Source: Ginglymostoma cirratum (lineage: Eukaryota). From it: 64,000 bases of DNA. The position numbers and the translations under genes are program-made. Below, in pieces: positions 23,790 through 35,640 of this stretch. Where the stretch lies: positions 4,927,258 to 4,991,257 of the forward strand of contig JAHRHZ010000002.1 in NCBI GenBank assembly GCA_024137785.1, read 5' to 3'. Numbering within the stretch: the stretch's first letter is position 1; each line of letters starts with the position of its first letter. Below the pieces are notes generated by a model. The model was not told the origin of the DNA. It made no database searches and saw nothing but the letters and a program-made list of their open reading frames with translations.

Positions 23790-26700
23790 AATGCTGGGCC
23801 AGACAACATGTTGTAACTGCATGATGTGGGAGCTGGTGGACTCCAGTGTGGTTCACAGTGACCACATCTGTAGCAATATATTGATTGCTTGAGGAAGTTT
23901 TGCTGAGAGTAGGTGGGGGAAAGAGTTACCTGGATGTTGTGTTTCAGGGGGCAGTCACACTCCTTAGATTAAATAGCTCTAATTTGGTCAGTGGTCAGGG
24001 AAAGGAGGCAGACAGAGGCATCCAAAAAGTACTGCTGAAGAGCTTCACCCTTGAGCTTATCTAACAGATTTGAGATTGTTGTTCCTTTTGTGGATGTGGG
24101 CTGTAGCAAACTAACCATAGCTCCCTGGTACAGGGAGCCATTCAAGAAGGGGAAGAAAACAGAAATGTATTCGTAATTGGAGACAGTATACTCAAGGGAA
24201 TAAATACTGATCTTTGCGGCCAGCATCAAGAGTCCCGGAGGCTGTGTTAACTGCTGCATGCTCAGTTTCAGGATATCTCAACTGGGCTGTAGGGGAACTT
24301 GGAGCGGGAGGGGAAAGATCCAGTTGTCATGGTCCACATGGGTACCAATGATATAAATAGCTTCAGGGAATATGAGCAGCTAGGGGCTAAATTAAAAGGC
24401 AGAATCAAAAAGGTGATAATGTATGGATTACTATCTGAACTACAAGAAAATTGTCACAGGCTGAATAAGATTACAGGTAAATGCTGTGGCTCAAAGATTG
24501 TTGTGGGACAAACAGCTTCGAATTCATGGGTCATTGGCATCAGAACTGGTGAAGGAGGGAGCTGTTCTGATAGGATGGGTTGCACTGAATCATGCTGGGA
24601 CCAGAGTCCTGGCAAATCACATAACTGGAACTGTGGTTTTCAATTAAATAGTGGAGGTGTGGGATCAGTTGTATGGAAAATTATGGGAAAATTTAAAGAG
24701 GGTGAGGGCCCAGTAGAGGCTATTAACATTTCCAGAATAAATAATAGTAGAGAGTGTACGGGAAGAGTCAGGAATCTAACTTCAGGCGCAGCAGGTAAGG
24801 GGACAACTAAAAGAACAGGGGCAGTCAACCAAGAACTGAAGGTATTGTACTTAAATGCACACAGTACACAAAACAAGGTCAATGAGCTTGGAGCGCAGAT
24901 TCGAAATTGGCAGGTGTAATGTTGTGGGTATCACAGAAGCATGGCTGAAAGGGGATCATGGCTGGGAACTAAACAACCAAGGATACATGTCCTGTCAAAA
25001 AGACAGGCAGATAGGCAGAAGGAGTGAGGTTGCCTTGTTCGTAAGAAATTAAATCGATAGCAAGAAGTGATACACAGTCGGAAGGTGTGGAATCTGTCTA
25101 GGTAGAGTTGATGAACTGCAAAGGAAAAAAGGAAAAGGAAAAATGGAAAAACTCCTGAAGGGATAACAAAGTGTGGAGCTGGAGGAACACAGCAGGCCAG
25201 GCAGCATCAAAGGAATAGGAACGCTGACGTTTTGGGTCGGGACCCTTCTTCAGAAAATCGTGATGTGAGTTGTTTTTGGGCTTCCTAGCAGCAGTGGAGA
25301 AGGAAAGCAATCAGGAAATAGAAAAGGCATATAAGAAAGGCCCTATTACAATAATGATGAGTGATTTCAACACAGATAGACTGGGAAAATCAGATTGGTA
25401 ATTGATCTCAAGAAAAGGAATTCATAGAATGTCTGTGAGATTTTTTTTGGAGCAGCTTGTGAACAGCCCACTAGGGAACAGGCAATTCTGGATTTAGTGA
25501 TGTGTCATTAGGCAGACTTGATTAGGGAGCTGAAGGCGAAGGAAACCCTGGGGGACTGTGGCCATAATATGATAGAGTTCACCTTGTTGTTTGAGAGAGA
25601 GAAGCTGGAATCAGATGTAAAAGTATCACAAATGAGTAAAGACATGAGGGAGGAGCTGGTCAGAGTTGATTGGAAGAGGAATCCGGCAGGAAAGGTGGTG
25701 GAGCAGCAATGGCAGGAGTTTCTGTGGGTAATGTGGGAGGCCCAGCAGAAGTTCGTCCAAAGGATGAAGAAACATACTAGGAGGAGGCTGACAAGGGAAG
25801 TCAAGGACAGCATAAAAGCAAAATATAAAGTATACGATGTGGTGAATGTGGGTGGGAAGCTAGAGGGTTGGGAAGCCTTTAAAATCGGCAGAGAATAACC
25901 GAAAATGCGATAAGTGGGAGAAGATGACATATGAGAGTAAGCTAGCCAAAAATATAAAAGAAGATTGCACGAGCTTTTTTATATATTCAAAAGGTAAGAC
26001 ATAAGCAAGAGTGGACTTTGGACTGCTGGAAAATGAGGCTGGAGAAGTAGTAATGGTGAACAAAGAAATGATGGAGGAACCAAATAGCTATCTTACATCA
26101 GTTTTCACAGCGGAAGACACCTGCAGCATTCCAGAACTTTAAAAGAGTCGGGGGGCGGAGGTAAGGATAGTGGAAATCACTAAGGAGAAGGCGTGGGGGG
26201 GAAGGTGAAAGGTCTGAAGGTGGATAAATCACCCAGACCAGATGGACTACACCCCAGAGTTCTGAAGAAGTTAGCTGAGGAAATTGTAGAGGAATCACTG
26301 GAGTCAGAGAGGATCCCAGAGGACTGTAAAATTGCTAATATAACACCCCTGTTTAAGAAGGGAAGGAGGCAGAAGACTGGAAACTGTAGGCTGGTCAGCT
26401 TGACATTAGTCGTTAGTAAGATTTTAGAGTCTATTGTTAAGAATGAGTACCTGGAAGTACATGGTAAAATAGGGCACACTTTATCAAGGGGAGGTCATGC
26501 CTGACGAATCTGTCAAAATTCTTTGAGGAGGTAACGAGTGAGTTAAATAACACAGAGCCAGCAGACGTGATCTATTTGGATTTTCAGAAGGCCTTCGACA
26601 AGGTGCTGTACAGGAAGCCACTAATTCAGATAAGAGTCCATGGTGTTAGGGAAAAGGTACTGGCATGGATTGAGGATTGGCTGAATGGCAGAAAGCAGGA

Positions 26701-27700
26701 AGTAGGGATAAAGGGTTTTATTTCAGGATGGCAGCCAGTGATGAGTGGTGTTCCACAGGGGTCGCTGTTGGGACCGCTATCATTCATGTTATACATTAAC
26801 GAAATGGACAAAAGAACTGACAGCATTGTTGCCAAGTTTGCAAATGACACACAGATAGGTGGAGGGACACGGAAAAACAGGGAGGCTGCAGAAGGATTTG
26901 CACAGGCTGGGAGAGTGGGCAAAGAAGTGGCTGATAGAATACAACATGGGTAACTGTGAGGTTATGTAAGTTGGTTAGAAGAATAGAAGTCTAAACTATT
27001 TTCTAAACAGGTAAAGATTTCGGAAATCTGAAGCTATAAGGGACTTGGGAGTCCTAGATCAAGATTCTCTTAAGGTTAACATGCAGGTTCAGTTAGCAAT
27101 TAGGAAGGCAGACGCATTGTTAGTATTCATTTCGAGGGGGCTAGAATAAAACAGCAGAGCTGTTCCACTGAGACACTATAAGGTTCTGGTCAGACTGCAT
27201 TTGGAAGAGTATGAGCAGTTTTAGGTTAAGGAATGACGTGCTGGCATTGGAGGGGATTTACAAGAATGATCCCAGGGATGAAGGACTTGTCACATGAGAA
27301 GCAGTTGCGAACTCTGGGTCTGTACTTGATAGAATTTAGAAGAATTGGGGAGGATCTGGTTGAAACTTACAGAATACTGAGAATCCTGTATAGAGTAGAC
27401 GTGGAGAAGATGTTTCAACTGGGAGGAGACAGGGGGGTACAGCCTCAGAGTGAAGGGACAACCCTTCAGAACTGAGGCCAGGAGGAATTTCTTCAGCCAG
27501 AGGGTGGAGAATCTGTGGAACTCATTGTTGCAGAAGGCTGTGGAGGCAAAGTCATTGAGTGTATTTAAGACAGAGATAGATAGATTGGTAAGCGGTTTAA
27601 GGATTTCGGGAGAAGGTAAGAGAATGAGGTTGAAAAACATAGCAGAGCAGACTTGATGGGCCTAATAGCCTTATTCTGTTCCTCTATCTTATGGTCTTAT
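23790..27700 (+). mobile_element. Near full-length degenerate CR1 LINE (ORF1 SGNH-esterase-like, ORF2 APE + RT)
   Basis: ORF1 VIGDSIL / VVMVHMGTNDI. APE YLNAHS..NK..EL, VVGITEAWL. RT KSPRPDGLHPRVLK, YLDFQKAFDKV, SGVPQGSLLGP, KFANDT. C-terminus RRNFFSQRVENLWN. Tail TCTTATGGTCTTAT. Confidence 0.92.
25162..25257 (-). mobile_element. Short Penelope-like terminal unit in CR1, hammerhead GAAA box mutated to AAAA
   Basis: Minus strand CTGAAGAAGGGTCCCGACCCAAAACGTC (25226-25253). Confidence 0.8.
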
Positions 27701-27769
27701 ATAGTGAACAGATGGCTACTTGGGCAAGTTGATAAGTGGGTGAGATTGGGAAAGTGGGTGCAACTCTTT

Positions 27770-28200
27770 AAAATTCATTCAAGGGACATAGACTTTGCTG
27801 GCTGGGCCACCATTTATTTGCTCATTCTGAAGTACTCTTGAGAAGTTGCTGGTGAGCTGTCCTCTTGAAATGCTGTAGTCTTCTGCACACTTCCTACGCA
27901 CTGCAGACTGTAGGAACACTCAGTGTTGATAGGAAGACAGTTCCAGGATTTTGAGTTAGCACCAGTGAAGGAATGAAGAAGGGTCTAGGCCCGAAACATC
28001 GACTCTCCTAATCCTCTGATGCTGCCTGACCAGCTGGTTTCCTCCAGCTCCACACTGTATCGACAAGCTGTGATGATATATTTCCAAGTCAGGATGGTGC
28101 CTTACTTAGAAGGGAACTTGCAGCTGTTGTTCCCATGTATCTGCCCTTGTCCTTCTGAATGGTAGACATCACAGGTTTGGAAGGCACTGTCGGAGAAGCA
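27770..28200 (-). mobile_element. 3' end of CR1/L2-group LINE, interrupted by a plus-strand Penelope terminal unit (27974-28064)
   Basis: Same family as 42480-43145. Insert TGAAGAAGGGTCTAGGCCCGAAACATC... Confidence 0.65.
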
Positions 28201-28884
28201 GAAGGTTTCGTGGGTCAGTGAGTGAGGTGGTTAAGTGGGTACAATGCATGATTGGGTCAGGGACCCAGTCAGGAGAGTTAGTTGGGTGTTTAGTGGGGTT
28301 ATCTAGATCAGTTTAGCTAGGAGTTTGGTGGGTAGGGGAGTGGCTGGAAAGTTTTGTTGAGGGGGGAGCGGTTAATCAGGTCAGTCGTTTTTGGACAGCT
28401 GAGGGCAGTTAGCTGGGCTGGGGTAGGGTGGGAGTGCAGGAGACATTTAGATAGTTATTTACTTAGTTACCCTGGTATTAGATCAACTTTTCAGCAGCCT
28501 AACAGGTGCTGGGTAACTACCCAGATGACTGTCAGAAAGACAGACATTCGTGGACAGTCCAGTGAAATGGGAATTGCTGCAAGACCAAACTTCATGAGTG
28601 TTTCTTACATAAGTTAGGACTGCCACAGGGTCCCGGTTAGCATTCATTTCGAAAGGGTTAGAATAAAACAACAGATGTTCTACTGAAACTCTACAAAGTT
28701 CTGGTCAGACCGCATTTGGAACAGTAGGAGTAATTTTGGGCTCCGTATCTAAGGAACGACGTGCTGGCATTGGAGGGGTCCAGAGAAGGTTTACAATTCT
28801 CAATTATATATGTCCTGCCTACGACAATCTCACGACTGGACGATGTGACATGCATGAACGCACACATACAGACAGACAACCCCC

Positions 28885-29470
28885 ACCACACACACAGAAC
28901 TCAACAATAAGAAACCAGGACGAAACCTCAGAAATTGCACCTCCCAGAAAATGACACCCCAGCTTCTCATATTCAGGAATGAGCCACCGACAAAACTCAG
29001 CCTGGAAATCAGAAGGGAAATACTTCCAATAAACACACTCAATATCCCACACACTGCTCCAGTCAAACATTTCAGCACAAAGCACCGAGTAAACAGCTCT
29101 CTCAGCTGAATCTTCTCACACAGCATAAGGGACATTTTCACCCCAACTGCCCACAGGATAGCCAGTCTGCCTGAAGATTGGCGTGGCTATTAGGGGATAC
29201 AAGTTGTATAAAAACTACTCCTTCACTCACCATCTCACTTGATTTTTCAGGCCCTACAGGAAGTGAACCAGTTGTGGAAGAGGAAGAGGTGTGGATGGGC
29301 AGAATGGGCTTTGTGATTGATGTCTCTCACAGCCAATCCAAATTTTTAGGAAGCAAAATGAGTTTCCGGTAGTTTGGGAAACTGATAGGCCAAATGAAGG
29401 TGGTTTTGAGCAGCAGCTCAGGTGGAGATTTAAACTGGTCATTGTCTTGTCTGAATAAAACCTCACTTAC
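28885..29470 (-). promoter_or_regulatory. ZNF-gene promoter/first-exon module, copy 2 (probable exon 1 of the ZNF at 17559-18590)
   Basis: CCAAT 29333-29337, AGGAAGTG 29258-29265, minus-strand GAGATG|GTGAGT (ATG 29233-29231). Aligns with 7135-7760. Confidence 0.62.
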
Positions 29471-29489
29471 AGTTTCTTCAGTAGTGCCA

Positions 29490-29820
29490 GAGGCAGTGGT
29501 GAGGTGATAATGTCTGGATCAGTAATCTGGAGCTAGTGTTCTGAGACATGGGTTTTCAATCCCACACATTGGTAGATGGTGAAAATTAAGTTCAAGAACA
29601 TTTGTAATTAAAAAAAAACTAGCCTAATTACAGCCGTGCAGCCAATTTTGCTTTACATAAATGCTTCATTAATGCTTTTTAGGGAAGGAAATCTGCCAGC
29701 TGACATGTGACTCCAGACACACAACAATTTGGTTCCCTCTTAATCACCCTCTGAAATGCCTGAACAAGCCACTCAGGATGGGAAGCAACACCCACGTATC
29801 ATACGGGAATAAAAATAAAG
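29490..29820 (+). mobile_element. tRNA-derived shark SINE (LINE-related tail)
   Basis: Box-A/B-like head, then AGATGGTGAAAATTAAGTTCAA, AGGGAAGGAAATCTGCC, ACATGTGACTCCAGAC. Minus copy at 48015-48365. Confidence 0.6.
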
Positions 29821-30289
29821 TTTGTCACAAATTCCTAGTGTTGGTTCAGCATTCTTTCTTGGAGGTTTTCAAACTGACAACATTAATATGAGATTTATAA
29901 CCTTAACTTCAGAAAGAAATGCCACTCACCACTGGACAAAACAGAAAATCAGTTGGAAAGAAATAGCAAGCACAAACTGCATAAGGGAGAGAAACGATCT
30001 GAGGACCATAATGTGAAGCAGTGCACCTTCGATCTCCAATCTTAAATGAGACGGGAGCTAAAACGAGGACAGGAGCTTCAGCACAAATAAGGGAGTGAAA
30101 GGTGTAGTAGGGGGAAAGAGGTGGGTATGGGAGTGCAAAGAAGGGGAGATAGAGTTGAGCGCTTTAAAAAATTGGTCTGGGTTTTTGTCACTGGAGTTCC
30201 AGGTGCGCACTTCCAATTTCAGCACTACGCACGTAATGATTAAATAGATTAATTTGCACGTTGACTATGGTTGGGATTTCAATGTATTT

Positions 30290-30480
30290 CTGTCCTTGAC
30301 TGGCTGTGAGAGACGTTGATCGGAGAGCCCAGTTATTCTGCCCACTTTCTGCCCCTCCGCTTCCAGAGCTGCTTCACAATTTGCAGCGAGTGAAAACCAA
30401 ATGAGAGGAGATGCTGAATGAAGGAGCAGGTTTTACACAAGTTGTAATCCAAAATGTCCACAGCGATGTTCAGAACTGAA
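30290..30480 (+). promoter_or_regulatory. ZNF-gene promoter/first-exon module, copy 3 (inverted, decayed), upstream of the ZNF pseudogene
   Basis: Reverse-complement alignment to copies 1 and 2 (TGGCTGTGAGAGAC..ATTCTGCCCA..TTCCAGAGCTG.TTCAC..GAGGAGATG). ATTGG>ACTGG, CACTTCCT>CACAATTT, donor GTGAGT>CTGAAT (30414-30419). Confidence 0.55.
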
Positions 30481-32764
30481 TATCCAAGTATGAAGGAGCC
30501 GTTTTAATACAAAAACTACTTTTTTGTTATTCATTAACAGGTTGTAGAAATTATTGGCTAGGAGAGCATTTATTGCCCTTCTCTAACTGAATGTGGAGGT
30601 GCCGGTGTTGAACAGGGGTGGACAAGGTCAAAAATCACACAACACCATGTTATAGTCCAGCAGGTTTAATTGAAGACACAAACTTTCAGAATCACGCTCC
30701 TTCTTCAGGTGTCAGTGAGAGAGGTGCCATCAGACACAGAATTTATTAACAAAAGATCAAAGGGTCATCGAACTGATGTGAATGTGTTGAACAAACCTAA
30801 GGTGACTGTTAAATCTTTAATCAGTTAGAAGGGATTAATATGCAAATTCCAGAATTTCTTTTCAACTCACTGCCCCTCTGGAGGTTGTTGCTCTGGGCTT
30901 GACATGAATGCTCAAGCCGTCAGCGAATATGTAAATACCAGATTCTTCAGCTGCACTCACAAGGTAGCTCAAAACATCACCCAAGCACAATGCAATGCCA
31001 TCCATGCTCTCAAGATCAATTGCAACATTGTCATCAAACCAGCAGACAAAGGAGGAGTCATCGTCATACAGAATAGAATGGACTACTGCAAGGAACTATA
31101 TAGGCAACTGAACAACCAGGAAGACGACAACTACCTGCCGATCCGACCAAAGAACTCAACAGATTGATCAAGACCTTTGATCCAGTCCTTCGGAGTTTCC
31201 TACACGCTCTCATCCTGTGTACTTCTACTGCCTTCTGAGGATACAAAGTCAACACACCTTGAGGTCCTATCGTATCAGGCAATGGGACTCTGTGTGAGAA
31301 CCTCCCTGGCTATATCGAGGGCATCTTGAAACCCATTGTTGAGGGAACCCCCAGCTTTTGTCGCAACACCACAGGTTTCTGACACAAACTCAGCAACCAC
31401 TGGCCAATTGAACCAGGAACATTCCTCGTCACAATGGACATTTCGGTACTCTACACCAGCATCCCCCAAAACAACAGCATCGCTGCAACAGCCTCAGTAC
31501 TCAGTACCAGCAAATATCAATTTCTAGACACCATCCTCAACTCATCTGCTTCATACTTGACCACAATGTCTTCACATTCGACAATCAGTTCTTCATTCAG
31601 ACACACAAAACAGCCATGAAATCCAGATTCGCACCCCAATATGCCAACATTTCATGCACAAGTTCAAACAAGACTTCATTGCTGCCCAGGATCTCCGACC
31701 AACGCTGTACACCAGGTACATTGATGACATTTTCTTCCTTTGGACTCATGGCAAGGAATGACTGAAACAATTACATAATGATATCAACAAGTTTCATCCC
31801 ACCATCAGACTTACCGTGGACTACTCTTTAGAATCAGTCTTATTCTTGGACACATGCATCTCTATCAATGATGAACACCACAATACCTCACTCTATGCCA
31901 AGACTTTGGATAACATTGCGATGCTGCACCTGTCTAGCTTCCACCCTAACACATTAGAAAAGCCATCCCCTGCAGACAAGCCCCACGCATACACAGGATC
32001 TGTTCAGATGAGGAGGAGTGAGACAGAGACCTGAAGGGTGCCCTCACAAGAATGGGATATGATGCTCAACTTATTGATCACTAGTTCTGACAGTGAAAAA
32101 TCATGATGACCACCACAGAAGACAGACACGAAGATATGACTGATTGGGTACCCTTCATTGTCCAGTACTTCCCGGGAGTGGAGAAACCACACCAAGTTCT
32201 TCACCGCCTTCAACACATCATCAATGACGATGTGCACCTCACCAAGATCTTTTCTGCGGCTCCAGTTCTCGCCGTCAAACAATGGCCAAGCCTTAAACAG
32301 ACCACTGTTCGCAGCAAACAACCCAGCCTTCAGGACAACATCGACCACAACACCATACAACCCTATCATGGCAACCTCTGCAAGACATGTCAGATTTTTG
32401 ACATGGATACTACTATCATACGTGGGAACACCACCCACCATGTGCATGGCAGATACCCATATGTCTCGGCCAATGTTGTCTACCTCACATGTTGCAGGCA
32501 AGGATGTCCTGAGGCAAGGCGTATCAGTGAAATCATGCAGACGCTACTAAAACAGATGAATGGACACCGCGCAACAATTGCTAGACAGGAATGTTCCCTC
32601 CCAGTGGGGAAACACTTCCGGGGTCAAGGAGATTCGGCCTTGGACCTTCAGGATACACAACAATGCAGTGTCACCAAGTAGAGGCTGATAGCCCATGAGG
32701 ATGGCTTCAATTGGGATATTGGGTTCATGTCACACTACAGGTGACCCCATCACACTATAGATTC

Positions 32765-32898
32765 TCACATACACACACTCTCTCACACAAACGCACTCAC
32801 ACACTCACACAGACCCTCTCTCATACACACACACCCTCTCTCTCACACACAAAGACACACTCTGTCTCTCTCCCACACATACACACACACACACACAC
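32765..32898. repeat. (CA)n/(CT)n low-complexity tract
   Basis: Direct observation. Confidence 0.9.
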
Positions 32899-33142
32899 GT
32901 AAATTTATGGGGTGAATTTGCACTTGCAGATTTGTAATTACAGATACATTCTATTTTGTTCAAAAAGCACACAATTTGTACACAATGTGGCATTTTATAA
33001 ATTCCTACTTTGGAAATAAAACCAGGCTGACTCCAAATTAATAAACAGCCAGATTCTAAACAAGGCCTCACACCTAAAATAACAAGGTGTGGGGCTGGAT
33101 GAATGCAGCAGGCCAAGCAGCATCATAGGAGCAGGAAAGCTT

Positions 33143-33170
33143 GACGTTTCGGGCCCAGACCCTTCATCAG
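33143..33170 (-). ncRNA. Minimal type I hammerhead ribozyme motif
   Basis: CTGATGA-A-GGGTCTGGGCCC-GAAA-CGTC on the minus strand. Confidence 0.75.
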
Positions 33171-33370
33171 AAATGGGGGAGGGAAAGAGGGTTCTGAAAT
33201 AAATATGGAGAGAGGGGGAGGCTGATAGAAGATGGATAGAGGAGAGGATAGGTGGAGAGGAGGCAGACAAGTCAAAGAGGCGGGGGTGGAGCCAGTAAAG
33301 GTGAGTGTAGGTGGGGGGGTAGGGAGGAGATAGGTCAGTCCAGGGAGGACGGACAGGTCAAAGGGCATTT

Positions 33371-33398
33371 CTGATGAAGGGTCTAGGCCCGAAACGTC
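33371..33398 (+). ncRNA. Minimal type I hammerhead ribozyme motif
   Basis: TTT-CTGATGA-A-GGGTCTAGGCCC-GAAA-CGTC-AAG. Confidence 0.75.
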
Positions 33399-33839
33399 AA
33401 GCTTTCCTGCTCCTATGATGCTGCTTGGCCTGCTGTGTTCATCCAGCCCCACACCTTGTTATCTCGGATTCTCCAGCATCTGCAGTACCTTTTATCTCTC
33501 ACACCTAAAATGCATTGTCTGACCTGGGATGTCACCTCTGGCGTACTGAGGGAAGTGATAAAACCTTTAGTTATCTCGGGGCAGTGACTTGAAAGAAATT
33601 CTGGAGTTTGCTTATCAATCCTTTCTAACTGATTATTGATTTAACAGCCACCTTAGGTTTGTTCAACTCATTTGCATTAGTTCTATGACCCTTTGATCTT
33701 CTGCTTATAAATTCTGTGTCTGATGGCACCTCTCTCACTGACACCTGAAGAAGGAGTGGAACTCTGAAGGCTTGTGTCTTCAAATAAACCTGTTGGACCT
33801 GTTGGTGTTGTGTGATTTTTGACCTTGTCCCTAAGTGAA

Positions 33840-35640
33840 GATAGTTTAAAGTGTCTTCTTGTCTTGCTGCAAGAGAGTTCTAAGATTTTGACCCATGTGA
33901 ATTACGTGCTGCAAGAATTCCTAGCCCCAGTTCTTTACTTTTGAACACAGCATTTATATGGCTGGTCCAATTCAGTTTCTGGTCAATGGTAAACCCAGAG
34001 ATGTTGATAATGACAGATTCAGTGATGGTAATGCCATTGAATGTCAAGGGGTAATGGTTAGATTCTCTCTCATTTGATGGACATTGACTGGCACTTGTAT
34101 GATGCATGTTACTTGCTACTTCTCTGCCCAAGCATAGATGTTGTTCAAGTTTTTGCAATGTATGGACACAGACTACTTCAGTTTTGAAGGAGTTGCAAAT
34201 GCTGCCAAACATTATGCAACTGTCTGCGAACATCCCCACTCTTGATCTTACGATGGATGGAAGGTCATTGATGAAGCAGCTGAAAATAGTTAGACACAGG
34301 ACATTACCCTAAGGAAGTCCTGTAGTGATGCCTTGTGGCTGCGATGATTGACTTTCAATAATCACAACCACTGTCCTTTGTGCTCGGAAATGATTCTAAC
34401 TTTTCTCCTGATTCCTATTGATTCTAGTTTTGCTAGGACTCCTTATTGCCACACTCAATCAAATTCTGCCTTGTCATCATTTCATTTCTTGAATTCAGGT
34501 GTCTTGCTCATGTCTGGACAAAGATTGTAATGAGTTCAGGAACTGAGTGGCCCTTCCAGAACCCAAATTGGGTATCAATGAGCAGGTTATTGTTGAATGA
34601 GTGACACTTGGTTATACTGTTAATGTTCCCTTCTATCACTTTGCCTGGAGTATGTGTCCTGTATGCATTGGATAGAAGGGCTCAGATGAGTGATTGACAT
34701 GTAAACCCCAAGACCCTAGGAAAAGAAATGGTGTATCAACCAGTTCTCAGAGGCACTTCTCCCTCTTCAGGTGAATGGTTGTCAGGCAGCTATCTCCTTT
34801 GGCTGGAAGCTGGACCAGGAAAAATAGAGAATGACCCACAGGAAAGACCCCATCACTCCACCCACAGAGCAGGGTGCTGCTTTTGCAAGCTATTGAGATC
34901 ATTACATTCTATGCCAACCATCTGTTCGTTCTTTGGTATTAATGAATCACTCTCAATTGTCTAATTGGCAATTCTATCAATCTAAGCCATTGAATTTTAG
35001 TAAACTATCTTTAAATTACTTACAATTACTAACTACGTATATTTTGCAACTGTGAGCCTGAATGCTTGGTCTTACACTTTTTGTTTTTTTGCTCTGATGT
35101 GCAGTTCTCCCCGGTCATTGAGGATGGGATATTTGTGGAGTTTTCTTCTATTAATTACTTAATTTTTTGCAACCATTCATGATGTGACAGGACTCCAGTT
35201 CCATTGGTTGTGGGATTGCTTAGCCTTGGTGATGCTTCTGCTGTTTGACAACCAGGTAGTCCTGTGTTATAACTCCAACATGTTGGCATTTTTAGGTTTG
35301 CTTGGTGCTGCGCTTCCTGCACTCTTCTTTGAACCAGGGTTGATTCCCTGACTTGATGGTGATGGTAGAATGGGGATGTATTAGACCATTAGGGTACAGA
35401 TTGTGCTTGAATGTAATTCTGCTAAATTTATTGCTACTAATTGTTTTCCTAATTTTCTGCCCCAAGAAACTGTCACATAAACATTCTACAACCTCATCTG
35501 CTAAACCACCCTTGTCAGTTTGATTTTACCAGTTTGTATGAGGGCTAAAGTCCCTTACAATCCTTGTATCACCTTTGTTATAAGCTCCAATAATTTATTG
35601 TTTAATGGTATAACTACTCTAAAGAGGCCTATAAATTGCA
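33840..35640 (-). mobile_element. Degenerate CR1/L2-group LINE (its 3' tail lies at ~30520-30590, separated by the PLE insertion)
   Basis: MFADSC (FADD motif), ESNHYPLTFNGITITES.IINI.G.TIDQKLNWTSHIN. Same family as 42480-44200. Confidence 0.7.

Larger units (their letters stand above)
33079..33497. mobile_element. Nested inverted Penelope-like terminal insertion (subfamily A)
   Basis: Minus arm 33079-33365 and plus arm 33366-33497. 14-bp TSD CTCACACCTAAAAT (33067-33080, 33498-33511). Confidence 0.92.
30592..33830 (+). mobile_element. Penelope-like element (subfamily C; RT + GIY-YIG) with inverted terminal repeat
   Basis: IVIKPADKGG, RYIDDIF, FLDTCISI, CKTCQ, ANVVYLTCCRQGC. 30620-30876 is the reverse complement of 33578-33830. 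Decayed TSD CTAACTGAA/CTAAGTGAA. Hammerhead-like motifs at 30677-30711 (-) and 33742-33776 (+). Confidence 0.9.
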
